The notes under the pieces: model-generated
The model's input: the letters and a program-made list of their open reading frames with translations, nothing else
Told to the model about the DNA's origin: nothing
Databases searched by the model: none
Assembly: GCA_964016885.1 (NCBI GenBank)
Contig: OZ024753.1
Span: 43,772,001 to 43,836,000 of the forward strand
Direction of reading: 5' to 3'
Origin: Eledone cirrhosa
Lineage: Eukaryota
DNA: 64,000 bases
Shown: piece by piece, positions 28,056-41,838 of the stretch
Numbering within the stretch: the stretch's first letter is position 1
Layout: every line of letters starts with the position of its first letter
Translations under genes and position numbers: made by a program

Positions 28056-28430
28056 TTGCTTTTAATCACTAAATATTCAATTATGAAAGGTCAGCGAGGT
28101 TTGAAGTTTTAAATTGACTCTGGATTAGATGTGATCCAGTTGAGATTGAGATCTAAGTGATAATTAAGGTATTACACAATAATTTGCCATAATTAATTGA
28201 TTTCTTGGAGTATCTGACCAGTGGACTAACGAAATGTTAGATTGAACTAACTCAGATCAAGGAGAGGGAGGGGGGGGGGGGATAAAAAAATATTTTTAAA
28301 AATGTAAAAAAAAAAAAAAGTAAAACTAGAAATAAAAAGAAAAAGTTGACAAATCCATAATTAATGCATTTAGTTGATTAAATTTGATGTTGATTAAATC
28401 TAAACTCAGCAAATATTAATACCAATAATA

Positions 28431-29287
28431 ATGGTGGTGGTGGTCATGGTGGTGATGGTGGTGGTGGTCATGGTGGTCATGGTGTTGGTGGTGGTCATGG
28501 TGGTGGTGGTGGTGGTGGTGGTGATGGTGATCATGGTGTTGGTGGTGGTCATGGTGGTGGTGGTGGTGGTGGTGGTCATGGTGGTGATGGTGGTGGTGGT
28601 GGTGATCATGGTGATCATGGTGTTGGTGGTGGTCATGGTGGTGGTGGTCATGGTGGTGGTGGTGGTGGTCGTGGTGGTGAAGATGATCATGGTGTTGGTG
28701 GTGGTGATGGTGATGGTGGTGGTGATGGTGATCATGGTGTTGGTGGTGGTCATGGTGGTGGTGGTCATGGTGGTGGTGGTGGTGGTCGTGGTGGTGAAGA
28801 TGATCATGGTGTTGGTGGTGGTGATGGTGGTGGTGGTGGTGATGATGATCATGGTGTTGGTGGTGGTGGTGTTGGTCATGGTGGTGATGTATGGTGGTGA
28901 TGATGGTGATCATGGTATTGGTGGTGGTTGTGGTGGTGGTGGTGGTCATGGTGGTGATGAAGGTGGTGGTGTATGGTGGTGATGATGGTGGTGGTGGTGA
29001 TGATGCTGATCATGGTGTTGGTTGTGGTAGTGGTGGTCATGGTGGTGATGATGGTGGTGGTGTATGGTGGTGATGATGGTGATCATGGTGTTAGTGGTGG
29101 TTGTGGTGGTGGTGGTCATGGTGGTGATGAAGGTGGTAGTGTATGGTGGTGATGATGGTGGTGGTGATGATGGTTATCATGGTGGTTGTGGTGGTGGTGG
29201 TGGTCATGGTGGTGATGATAGTGATACTGATACTGATAGTGATAGTGGTGGTGCTGATGATGATGATGATGATGATGATGGTGATGT
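28431..29287. repeat. (GGT/GAT)n trinucleotide tract
   Basis: Direct reading. Confidence 0.95.
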
Positions 29288-31448
29288 TTAAATCTAAACT
29301 TGGCAAAAAATAAAAATATAATAATAATAATAATATTTTTTTTTTGTTCTTAAAAGGAAAAAAAAAATCAATCAAACGAAATTAAACATTAAATAAATCT
29401 TGGTTAACAACATCAAGTATCCATCAAACATGAGAGATAATTTCATAGAGATCTCTGGATTCTTCTAATATGAGAAAGACTTTCTTCTTCTTCTGTAGCG
29501 CCATTAATGGTGAAAGTGCTGCATCAGACCATTGGCATTTTTGACAGTTTAGAATATAATGAAGTTAAGCTCTTAAGAGAGAAGGATGTGAAGTTGTAGC
29601 TGTTAAAAGGTTAGAGAGAAACTTATTATTACTGTCAGGGAAATACAGTTGTGGGGATTCTGGATTCTTCTGAGAAAAAGAGAAAGACTGGGGGGGGGGG
29701 GGCAGAGAGATAGAGAAACTGGGAGACAGGGAGAGAAAGACAATGGGATTGGGGGAGACTGAGAGAGAGACTGACATAGAGAGAGAGACTGTGCAGAGAG
29801 ACAGTGAGACAAACAGACTGAGAGAGAGATAGAGAGAGAGAGACTGGGGGACTGACTGTGAGAGAGAGAGAGTGAGACTGAGAAAGAGAGTGAGAGACTG
29901 AGAGAGAGAGAGAGAGAGACAGTGACAGCTTACCTTGAAATGTGAGAATCTTTTTTCCACAGTATTAAAAACAAATCTTTTCTTGATTATGTGAGAGGTA
30001 TTAACCATTTCATTACCATATGTCTAATAAAAGACACGGCCTATGTTTTTGAAGCTCGTGTTTGGAATATAACCTCCTTACATAAAATTATGATGGAGGT
30101 TTTTTTAGATGAATATAAACACGTTAAATAAACATCTTACTTCAATGGAGGCAAGGTTAAAATGCTGAAATATTTTTTAATCTAATATTATCATTTTTTT
30201 TAATGGAAATGGTTCTGGTGCTGGCCTTAGGATGAGGTCATGTTTGATTCTTGGACCAGGTGGTGTGTTGTAATCTTGAGCAAGACACTTTATTTCATGT
30301 TTATCAAATCCACTCAGTTGCAAAAAAATGTGTTGTGACATCACTGGTGTCTGGTGGTGTTGGCTCTTACCATTGGACAACATTGATGTCTGAAGAGGGG
30401 AATCTGGCTCATATAAACAGCTGCTGTTCTTATAAACAGCTGCTGTTCTTATACTCTGCCCAAGCTTGTGGCTTGCACGGGCAACTGCTGACCTTCCCCA
30501 AAAACATCCTGGCCAGACTTGTGGCTCATATGGGCAACTGTTGGTCTTCCACAAAATACTGGGTCTAGGCTTGTACCTGAAAGAGACAAACCCATGCTCA
30601 GTTAGACATGGGGGCATAACCTATGACCTGTCATATGTAACAGAGCCCTTTCTTTTTGTTTTGATTTTTTTCTATTTTTCCAACTAACACATTGACCTTT
30701 AAAAATGCTCGTTTAAATATGAGAAGTATTTATACTTTTACATTTGTAACCTACATAAAATTGGCATCCTTATTCTTCGTGGGGATTAAATCAAGACTTA
30801 TCTCTCTTGGCATGAAAGTCATGCCAAGTAACAGAAAGTAAAATGACATATTTTAAAATCTTCTTATAGCAGTAATGGGAACCCATGACATGTGTGTCAG
30901 AAATGACATGCAATGGGGCTGCAAAATAACTCCCTGCAATATCGTGTTAGAAAAAAATCTCCTCTATAAGCATTTACCTAAAACTAAAATATAAATATAT
31001 ATTTATATATATGTATATATAAAAATAAATAAATAAACATATATTTATATATATGTATATATAAAAATAAATAAATAAACATATATATATATAGAGATAT
31101 ATATTGTTATACTTGGGGAGGGTCATATTGTTGTAATAATATTGCCAGAAATAATAACAGAACACACTCTGTTTAGTTGGTTTTCATTTCTGTATCTTTT
31201 ATATCTCCATAGTTAATTTATTTGGGAATCAATGTTTATCATTGATTGACCAATGGTTAAAAATACATCTGTAATATAAGTTCTTTCGTTGCACATCTGC
31301 AGCATAATCAGTGGTACTATTATTATGTTGCCAGATATTGTATTGAAATGTCTACGCCATATGTATGTGTGTAATGGAATTATTAAATAAATTTAATTTT
31401 TTCCATGCTAGGCTAAAATGGTTTGCAAACACCATCTTATATTATCCC

Positions 31449-31620
31449 CATCCTCATCATTGTACGCCTGTTTTTTCATGCCTGCATGGGTTGGACAAGT
31501 CCTTTTCAGGACACCATCTCTCCACTCACCAATGTTCCTTTGTCATCTCCCCCGTGAGCTTTAGTTATCTGAGGTCAGCTCTCACCACTTCCATCTAGGT
31601 CTTCCTTGGTATTCCTCTGC
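31449..31620 (-). mobile_element. Degenerate RTE LINE 3' end
   Basis: Colinear with 44050-44220. Confidence 0.75.
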
Positions 31621-31682
31621 TAAGCTACCTGTTGCTGAGATTTCTTGCCATTTTTGGAGCAATTAAAATGTTACTGATTTTA

Positions 31683-31820
31683 CGCATTACTGGTACTTTA
31701 TTTTATCGACCCCGTAAGGATGAAAGGCAAAGTTAACCTCAACGGGATTTGAACTCAGACTGTAAAGGGACGTAACTATACTGGAAAGTATGGCGTCCAA
31801 CCCTCTACTGATACTGCCAA
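31683..31820 (-). mobile_element. Partial SINE family A
   Basis: Consensus match. Confidence 0.85.
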
Positions 31821-32513
31821 GGTTATTTACAATAATTTAACAAAAGGTTCCTATATAAAATTATATTGGAAGGTTTATATTTAATCAGAAACCCTTTACA
31901 ATGGGTGATATGTTTTCATATAACAAAAGGCTGTTTTCGGAGGGTGGCACAACTTTGGATCAAAAGGGGCAAACAGAGCCAATGTGTGTGTATATGTATG
32001 TGAGCCAATGTGTGTCTGTATGTGTGTTTCTGTGTGTAAATGTATGTATGATGTATGTAAATGTGTTTGTGTTGTGTATGTCTATGTATGTTTGTTTTGT
32101 GTGTGTATATATGTTTATGTTGTGTGTGTATGTATGTGAGTGTGTATATATATGTATGTATGTGTATATGCCCAAATTTTAGTGTGATGAAAGGGTCTGC
32201 CATTCTGTACAAAGATGGAAGTCTTTGGTGTTTCCAAATTATCAAACTACATCTCACACATCATGTTTTCTGGAATCTTCCATAAAATTCAAACATCACT
32301 GATGCTTCTTTCTTTCTTTCCATTAAAATAAATAACTTTATGATTGATGTGGTTTGTGTGTGTGATATATTAGATGGACTACATGTTTGTGTTTATATAT
32401 ATATTTATATGTTTGTGTTTATATGTATATATATATATATATTTATATCTTTATGTTTATATATATATATATGTTTGTGTTTATATATATGTATATATAT
32501 ATATTTATATGTT

Positions 32514-32635
<122 letters not shown>

Positions 32636-32739
32636 GTACATTTATATATATATACATACATATGTATATATATATATACATACAAATATATATATACATA
32701 TGTACATATGTATATATATATATACATATATATATATAC

Positions 32740-32789
<50 letters not shown>

Positions 32790-32888
32790 GTACATATATA
32801 CATACATATATGTACATATATACATACATATATATATATGTACATATATACATACATATATATATACATATATATATATACATATATT

Positions 32889-32933
<45 letters not shown>

Positions 32934-33092
32934 ATATACATATATATATATGTATATATAAATATATTTATATATATGTGTGTATATACATATATATATA
33001 TGTATATATAAATATATGTATATATGTATATATAAATATATGTATATACACACATATATATACATATATTTATATATACATATATACATATA

Positions 33093-33130
<38 letters not shown>

Positions 33131-33669
33131 ATATACACACACATACATATATATATATAAATATATAAATAAAAGAGCCATTAACCCCACAAAAAAGCTT
33201 TATCTGAATGAAAATGAAATGAAAATAATAATAATAATAATAATTACAATAATAACAACAATGACAATAATTGAATTAGGTTTAGATATCACAATGAAAT
33301 ACAGAGTGGAAATGTGTGTCGTTTGTTAGATATTTCAGTACCTTCCATATATACAAATCCTCCCCACAGAGAACTAGAAACAAATAAATGATGTAAGTAC
33401 AGTCACTTCAAAACAGAATATAATAATATCAATGTACTGAAAAGATGGAGCGATGGTGATGGGTGGGGGAGAAAGAGTAAGGGGAGGGAGGGAATGTACA
33501 AACTATAAGTATAATAACTGCAGCACTACTTTTGTTAAATATATTATATTACTCGCTCAACTTTAAAAGTAGTATTATATTACTAAATTTAACATCACTA
33601 CACAAATCTCTTTCTCTCAATCATTCTCCTTCTTTCTCTCTCGTTCCGTCCACTGTGTCGATGATACAA

Positions 33670-33895
33670 CAGTCCACACTGTAAGGTGGTTGTGTAGGTG
33701 ACGCAGTGAAAAGGCTCCCAGTCCAATACTGTAAATGTGGTTGGTGTTAGGAAGGGCATCCAGTTGTAAAAAACCTGCCAGAGACGCTTCCGTGCGAGTG
33801 AGACATGGTCTCCCGACCATTCCCGCATCAAGTGGAACAAAACCGTCAACTCATGCTAGCGTGGAAGATGGACGTTAAATGATGATGATAATGAT
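33670..33895 (+). mobile_element. SINE B1-related 3' tail fragment
   Basis: GGTGTTAGGAAGGGCATCCAG...GCTAGCGTGGAAGATGGACGTTAAA(TGA)n; sister copy at 61450-61637. Confidence 0.75.
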
Positions 33896-34208
33896 ATATA
33901 TATATATATATATACACACAATATAATAGGTAAAAAGAGGTTTAATAAAGATAAGCAGTACAGTAGGGTTTATTTCTAGTATTTACATATGTTTCATTGT
34001 CTGGTTGCCATCTTGAAATTGCTATTCTCATTTAGCAATCATGAAAACTTGAATTCAAATACAGAGGAATATATTATGTTACTGGCAAATTTTCAAAACA
34101 GTCCTCATTATAGGCTACTCTAACCCTAAACTAAGGAAACCAAAAACGATATCTCCTATACATACATACACATTATATATATATATATATTTATTTATTC
34201 ATCATAAG

Positions 34209-34292
34209 AACAGATTAAAGTTTAAGCAAAGAATCGCTGCTTTCACCCTTTAGGATGAAAGCAGCGATTCTTTGCTTAAACTTTAATCTGTT
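34209..34292. repeat. Perfect 37-bp inverted repeat with 10-nt loop (fragment of TA-embedded family P3)
   Basis: Arms 34209-34245 and 34256-34292 are exact reverse complements; the arm matches 1164-1203. Confidence 0.9.
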
Positions 34293-34389
34293 ATTTTAAT
34301 AAATATTTGCTCTACAGTTTTATATATATATTTTATATATATATTATCCTTATTGAGCCCTCTTCGGATGTTAGTCTTCACATTTATTA

Positions 34390-34462
<73 letters not shown>

Positions 34463-34520
34463 CCTTATCGCGCCGTCTTTGGATTTTAGTCTTCCCATTT
34501 ATTATTACTATATAATAATA

Positions 34521-34627
34521 ACCGCCGAGGTTAACTTTGCCTTTCATCCTTACGAGGTCGATAAAATAAAGTACCAGTGATGCACTGGGTAATTGCTGGC
34601 CTTGTGCCTAATGTAGAAACAATTATT
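34521..34627 (+). mobile_element. 5'-truncated SINE family A
   Basis: Consensus match. Confidence 0.85.
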
Positions 34628-36129
34628 ACTATATATATATATATATAACATATATCTTCCATGCTAGCATGGGTTATATATTATACTTGTGTTATGAGAT
34701 GTTGCCCAAACAGGGTTGCATATTCAACACTCTAACCAGTAAATAATGATGCAATTAGGTTCAAGCACTCAACATCATGTATATCCTTCAAATTACAATT
34801 TGGTAGTCCATGACTGAGTTTACGTACAAAAATGATAAATATGAATAAAATGAAATAGGAATGAATATCTACATCTGGCCTTCACGGTCTGCTGCAATCT
34901 GCTTACAGTACCTAGGTTTCCCAATAGTTCAGCTTGATATTACTGAACTTTGGTGATTGGATGAGAATAGGTGTGTTCAATTTTATTTAGCCACAAGCAT
35001 ACACACACATGTGTATATATATATATATGTACACTACACTATAATACTATAACTAGCCTAATTAGCACCACACAAAATCAATAAATACAAAATGATACTG
35101 GATATACTAAGTAGAGCAATGAATTGGTATTCATTGCTCTACCAATATTACTAAGTTGTACACACCTGTCGAACACAAAGTTGTCATCGGTATTATCTGA
35201 TACTCTTTTCAAATTTTTTAATACCAATTCTTGCAGACAGCGTTAATAAATGATTTGAACTTCATTTTGTCATGAATATATACATAATGTGAGTTATATA
35301 GTCTTTATTTTGGTGTAGCTCACTGGTTAAGATGTTTGTTTTACTATCTCTATTAGGCTCTAAGTTAGATGCCCTTCTATGGTATCTTGGGAAAATACCA
35401 TTTGCCTTAGCCTCAGATCAACCCATGCTTCGTGGTGTCTTGGGAAAATGCCATTTACTATAACCTCAAGTCAACCCATGCTTCGTGATGTCTTGGGAAA
35501 ATATTATTTACCATAGCTTTGAGTCAACCCATGCCTTGTGCATCAAATTGGTTAGATGTAAAATGTTTGGAAGTCCATTGGCAGCCTTGTCATACACTGT
35601 TTCATGCTGAATCTCCCTGAGAAGTACATTAGGGTACACGTGTACATTGTGAAATGTTCAGCCACTTCAAATGGCAATTTCACAAGCAGGTTGCTCCACT
35701 GATCGAACAGCTGGAACATGAATCGTGGTAAGCGACAGAAGCTCATTGCTTATTTCCATAATCCTCACTTAAAGATCTTAACTATTCATAAAGAACATGA
35801 AGAAATCATCTAATGTGATTGGATTTTAATAAAGTTCTAATCTACCTAAAAGACACCATATTTTGTCTGTCTCTGCAGGATATATTTTTTAATTATGAGA
35901 TATCTTGTCAGAAAGCCAGGGGAAATTTATCTCATTAAGTGATGAAATAGAATTGAAAATAATGAAAAGCAAAAAATAAAAACAGTGTGTTCTCTTCTAC
36001 AGTTCTTATAATCTCTCTACTATAAAGATATTTCTATTTCTATACTACTGTCATCTAAAACCCTGTTGGTGTATTCTTCCAGCCTCTGTTAGTCCTCAGA
36101 TCTGTTACCATGGTGAATAGCACCTTGGA

Positions 36130-36570
36130 CAAGATCTACAATGTGTGTCTGTTAATCCTACAATGTATGCTTGTTTATTTAGTATGCTAGGCTAAATCTA
36201 CAATGTGTGCCTGGGTATTTAGTACCCTAGAATAGTTCTACATTGTACGACTGGCTATTTAGCACCCTATACTATCTTTACAATGTGTGCCTGGGTATTT
36301 AGTACCCTAGAATAGTTCTACATTGTACGACTGGCTATTTAGCACCCTATACTATCTTTACAATGTGTGCCTGTGTATTGAGTACACTATGCTAGCTCTA
36401 TGATGTCTTCCTGGTTATTGAATGATCTAGTCTAGCTCTATAATATGTCTAGATATTTATCTCCCTATGCAACTCTACAATATGTGCCTAGATATTTAGC
36501 ACCCTAAGCTAGTTCTACAATGTGTACCTGGCTATTTAGTGCCTTAGGTGAACTCTGCAATGTGTGCCAA
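36130..36570. repeat. Degenerate 40-bp minisatellite with one exact 80-bp duplication
   Basis: TACAATGTGTGCCTG motif about every 40 bp; 36199-36278 is repeated at 36279. Confidence 0.75.
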
Positions 36571-36593
36571 ATTCTCCCAGTTATGTGTCTTAA

Positions 36594-36811
36594 TCATCAT
36601 CATCATCATACATCCGTTCTTCCCCACCAGCATGGGTTAGACGAGTTGCCCTGTTGTGGTCAGTGTCCAGTCGACTGACCTTGTCTTGCTCATACTGGAA
36701 CTGATTCTGGCTTGATTTCTACAGCTGGATGCCCTTCCTAACACCAACCTCATTTACAGTGAGTGCTGGGTGCTTTTTACCGTGGCGCCTGCACGACCAC
36801 TTTGCAGTGGC
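36594..36811 (-). mobile_element. 5'-truncated SINE B1
   Basis: Matches 24698-24910. Confidence 0.85.
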
Positions 36812-37407
36812 ATAGGGTGGGGTGGGGGCATATTGTCTATATGCTTCAGCTTCGGCTTGTAAAATAAGACATTAACGCAGTTGACCTTAATGGAAGTGCC
36901 AACTGTGTGTGTTAGCCACACAACTCCACCAATAATAGCATCCTTATGTGGTCACTCTACCTGCTAGAAATAGCAGTGAATTCTCTGTAAAATCACACCC
37001 TAAAATTGTAAAGAAGGAAGGACACAATACATGGTGTAGTTAAGGAGATATTGCATGATATGCTAGGTTGGAATGGAAATATGACTGGATGGTCATGGCT
37101 AGAATACCTTTAACCATACATATGTGCAATCAGTGTTTATCTGTTTGTTATTCTTATTCCATAACAACAACAAGAACAATGTACAAACGTCAAGTTTTGT
37201 GACTATTTCATAGTTTTTTTGTTTTTTTTTTGGCATATTATATCCAGGAATGAATTATTTGGTAAATCCATCTCAATTTGTCAACAGAATCTCTCAACTC
37301 ACGGAATTTTAAGAGAGAGGATTCCTCAGTTTTGTTCTCTCAATTCACTTAGCATTCTTAAAACCATTGTAAAATATATTGGCATAACAATCTCATTTCT
37401 CTTTCTT

Positions 37408-37447
<40 letters not shown>

Positions 37448-38497
37448 CTTTCTCTCTATCCTCCCTTTCTCTCTCTCTCCATATCTTCCCCTCTCTCTCC
37501 TCTCTGACGCCCCCTCTCTATGCCCCCCCTCCCACACACACCAAGTTAAGTTTTTATATAGCTTCTCTAAAGAATGTCATTAGACACCCAAAGAATTCTT
37601 TACTTCTGGAGGTTAATGTTAACAATAAAACCATATTCCTATTCACCCTGTCTCTGCAGTTTTATTCTGTTTTCCAGCAGTTTATGTCGTTGATTATTGA
37701 ACCTAACCCAAAGTTACAGCTCCTATTCAGAGCTTCTTTGCCAAGGGTCCATTTCACAGCCTTTAGAAAATAAATCATAAAAAAAACGAAACAAAACAAA
37801 ACATAAATAAAAATCAGAAAAATAAATGAATAAAATAAAATAAAATAAAATAAATAAAACGGCTTTCAATAATGTTTAGTGGTGTAGAAGGATGAATATC
37901 TCATAAATAGAATCCTGTTTTATTTATATAATATTCTCTCCCCTGTTTTCATTGTAATCTTTCTTCTTGAGAAAGCAGATAAAGTCATAGCTGCTGGGAC
38001 CTATTACTGACATGCAATTGATTGTCTTTTAATACTATATCGCTAGTTTTGAAAAAAACACAAAAACAAACAAATATAAAACAAACACACAAAAAAAAAC
38101 GATCTTTTATAGAAAACTAAGCTACACCGTGTTTGCAAGTTGTGTTTTCTTGTAACGTATGCATTGAAAAGAACATGAATTTACCAAATTATAAATAATT
38201 GTAGTCATACCATGTGACTGAGTAATGTTATTTTTTTAAAGTGCATCATAGATAAGTATGCTTTATAGGTTTTAAGAAATAAAAATCTGTGGAGAAGAGA
38301 TGATCATATATTAAAATAGATAAAAATATCTTTGTCTGCTTCATGAAACATAATATTGATGGCAATAGTTAGTTCATGTTAGGTAACTAATTGGTAGAGT
38401 TGTTAGTATGACATATTAAATCTCTTAGTATTTGTTCCACCTGTCTGAACTTCCAGTTCAAATTTTTGTCAACCTCAACTTTGAGTTATATTACTTA

Positions 38498-38770
38498 CCA
38501 TATTTCCTGGTTCTCGAGGACGCACCCTAATTTTGACAAACAAAAATTAAAAAAAAAATTGGGGGGAGGGGAAAGTAGATTAAATCAAACCCAGTACGTG
38601 ACTGGTACTTTATTTTATCAACCCCGTAAGGATGAAAGGCAAAATTAACTTTGGCGGGATTTGAAAAAAATTTGAAAAAAAATAAGCAACCTTCGGCCTC
38701 CGGGACGCATGGTGCCTTTTTAAAACTTATTTTAGGAAAAAATGACCGTCTTCGATGCCGGGAAATACGG
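38498..38770. mobile_element. pogo/Tc1-mariner-type MITE containing a SINE A fragment
   Basis: TIRs CCATATTTCCTGG / CCGGGAAATACGG with TA on both sides; minus-strand SINE A piece at about 38555-38665. Confidence 0.75.
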
Positions 38771-39169
38771 TAAATTATTTCAAGAACTGATAAAGTACTA
38801 ATCCACTAATCCAGAGGTATTGGATTCATAGAATTAGTTTTGCCCCTGTGTGTTCTGAGTTTAAGTCCCACCTGTTTCTGTCTGGAGTTGTGACTGACAG
38901 ATAGTATCAGCAACAGAGAGACCAATGGAAACCACTGGAAGCATTATTTCCTTGGGCTGATTTGATGGTCAGCTCCTTTCTTCTGCCAGGAATTGTGACT
39001 GACAGTATCAGCAATGGAAAGACGAATGGAAACAATGTTTCCTTAGTCTGATCTGACAATTGGCTGCTTTCTCTTGCCAGGAGTTTTGAATGACAGATAG
39101 TATCAGCAATAGAAAAAAATCGATGGAAACTGTTTCTTTTGTTTGATTTGATAATTAGATTCTTTCCTT

Positions 39170-39432
39170 GGAGGTGTCTGGCCTAGAGGTAAAGGTGTTG
39201 GGTGTACAATCATAATATTGTGGGTTTGATTCCTGGGCTGGGTTGCGTATTATGTTCTTGAGCAAAACACTTCATTTCATGTTACTCCAGTATACTCAGC
39301 TGGCAATGTATACCTGCACTGCACTGGACTGGTGTCCAGTCTAGGGGTGTAGTTATGTACTCTCAGTCACTTAACACCACAGAAGCTGAGATTAGGATCA
39401 GCCTGACGAGCCTCTGGACTCGAGACAAACTT
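39170..39432 (+). mobile_element. SINE variant B3, preceded by three tandem degenerate B2 tails (38880-39160)
   Basis: Homology to 21686-21960 and 18460-18560. Confidence 0.65.
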
Positions 39433-41621
39433 TAGACTTCTTTCCTTTAGCTCACATATTGTGAAATCTGTTGCACATGTCTTGTGTTTCTCATGAAAGG
39501 AAAAGGCCCCACTTTTGGTCATGACTGGTCATCGTTTTGCTTCTCCATGACAGCAGTTTGAGCAAGGCGCTTGTGCAGAATAAAAAAAAATTGGGGAAAA
39601 ACTAAAAAAACAACAATACAAAAATATAAGGGAGAGGCAGACTAAACAACAACAACAACAACTGATATTTCATGAATAAAAGAGGATATGAAATATCAAG
39701 TCAACATTAGTTGCAGGATTTACAACCAGAATGTGAAGAATCTGTAAAAAAAATAAATAAATAAAATAGTAAAACATTCAAAACCTTGCCTGCCGTTAGT
39801 TTTATGTTTTACCATTTCTGCCAACACCACTGTTGCTCTCCACAGGAATAAAATAACTTTATACTGTTATGTATAAACTAAAAAACAAAGAATTATTTCA
39901 AAATAAATAGCAATGTAAAGAACGAAAGAATAAAGAAAAAGAATTACCATCTAGAAAAAACAGTTTTAATCAAATGACAAATAAGTTTTATGTAATTCCT
40001 CTGGTATTTCTCTTGATTTCTCTTGTTTTCTTTCATTTTTTTTTCTGTTTTTAGTTATTTATAAAATTAATATCTTTAAGGTTTACTATGTTGGATGCAA
40101 AATAATCTAATGCAAACCTTCAGAGATTTGTTTTGAACACTCATGTATTTTTCGTGAAGTTGATTTCTTCAAAATTGTCCTAGTAACAAGCACTTTCCTA
40201 GATTATAAGAAGTGCTGAATTCTAGCCAAAGAATCTAAAAAAGCCAAAGAAAGAATTAATTGATCTGACCTGACTCTATTCAGGGAATTGTATTTCAAAG
40301 AATGGCAGCACAGCTAGCTTGCACACTGAAATAACAATTAAAGGAACGCAAAGTTTATGTTCAGACAACATGGAACCTTGTATCACCATGCTGTGGAATT
40401 TACTTAAAGTTTTTATTCAGCAAATAGAATTATTGCTGGATTAATCGCTGTGGCTAATAGCTGTCTGATATGACTGCATGACTCTCCAGAGACAGGCAAC
40501 TATATTACAGCCTCAAACCTCACTTGTTCAAGAAAATTGAATTATCTAAATAAATTTGTAGCGGTTTATTGCTCAATATTACACACTTCTGCCAAAATAC
40601 CTACTGGTTATCTTGATGATGTGTGCATTGCTATGTATTTGCTGTTTATTTGACACTCTGGGAGAAAGCAATGCCTATTAATCTTGACACCCCCATGGTG
40701 ACATGAAAGCTAAATTGCATTTGTTGCCCTCCACTAATATTATTCAAAATGGTGGAAATGAAGAAAATATTAAGAGTCTGAGCAAGTGAAATTGGGAGAG
40801 ATGATGTGATTTAAGAAAGATAAAGAGCTTCTGGTACAGTTATGATGGAGGAAAGGGGCAGCTGGTGGTGGTGGTGGTGGTGGTAATGGTGGCAGTGGGG
40901 TTTGTAGTAACATAGAATGACTGAGTAATTTTTATTTACTAGTTACTGATAGGTGTGGTTATATAAGTTGGGATGGTTTTATTATTGGGAAGAAGCCTAA
41001 TGTTATGTAGTGAAAGTGTTTAAAGCTGATGGCTATAATTGTGTAGTATGATAGAAATAGTGTAAGAAGAAGCTGAACATAATGGCTTATATAATAACAA
41101 TAGTAGTAGCTTAACAAGGATTGGTTTATTTTGAAATGTCCATGTTGAAGGAGTGACACACTATTTGATGGAATAAAAGTGGTATTAGTCAGAATTATAG
41201 GTCTTCCAGTTGTTTTATCAATGGAACAGCCTGATCATGAGATTATCATATAGGTGGCTGAGTATTCCATGCAATTGTATGTATACATTGAACATAATTC
41301 TGTGAGAGGTTTGGCATGATATAGTTTCTGACAAGGCTGGCACTTTGAACATAAGATACACACTAATTTATCCAGCTGAGAAGACTAGAGCAATGAGAAA
41401 TAAAGTATCTTGCTTAAGGATAATATGTGCTGCCAGGAATTGAATGCATGACTATTCACCAATTAGCTTAATTAATGCTGTGACTATCAATTAATTCACC
41501 TTCATGGGAATTACATAATGACATAATATGGTTTAACAGCAGACCAGCCATGATTAAGTTAATATATGATCAATAGAATTCTGGTTATGACCATTATATC
41601 ATGTTCATATTACAAGAGCCA

Positions 41622-41838
41622 AGGGTGGTGGATTGGCAGTATCGGTAAAGAGTCGGACACCATGCTTTGCAGCATAGAGTTACGGCCTTTTACAGTCTGA
41701 ATTCAAATCCCGCCAAGATTAACTTTGCCTTTCATCCTTACGGGGTCGATAAAATAAAGCACAAGTAATGAACTGGGGTTGATTTAATTGACTTTCCCTT
41801 CCCCCCAAAAATTACTAGCCTTGTGCCTATACTAAAAA
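41622..41838 (+). mobile_element. Full-length SINE family A (long form)
   Basis: 17-bp TSD TCATATTACAAGAGCCA at 41605-41621 and 41839-41855. Confidence 0.9.

Noticed and set aside
35111-35142. 14-bp hairpin as a terminator or Helitron end
   Set aside because: Isolated, with no downstream CTRR terminus or element body recognised.
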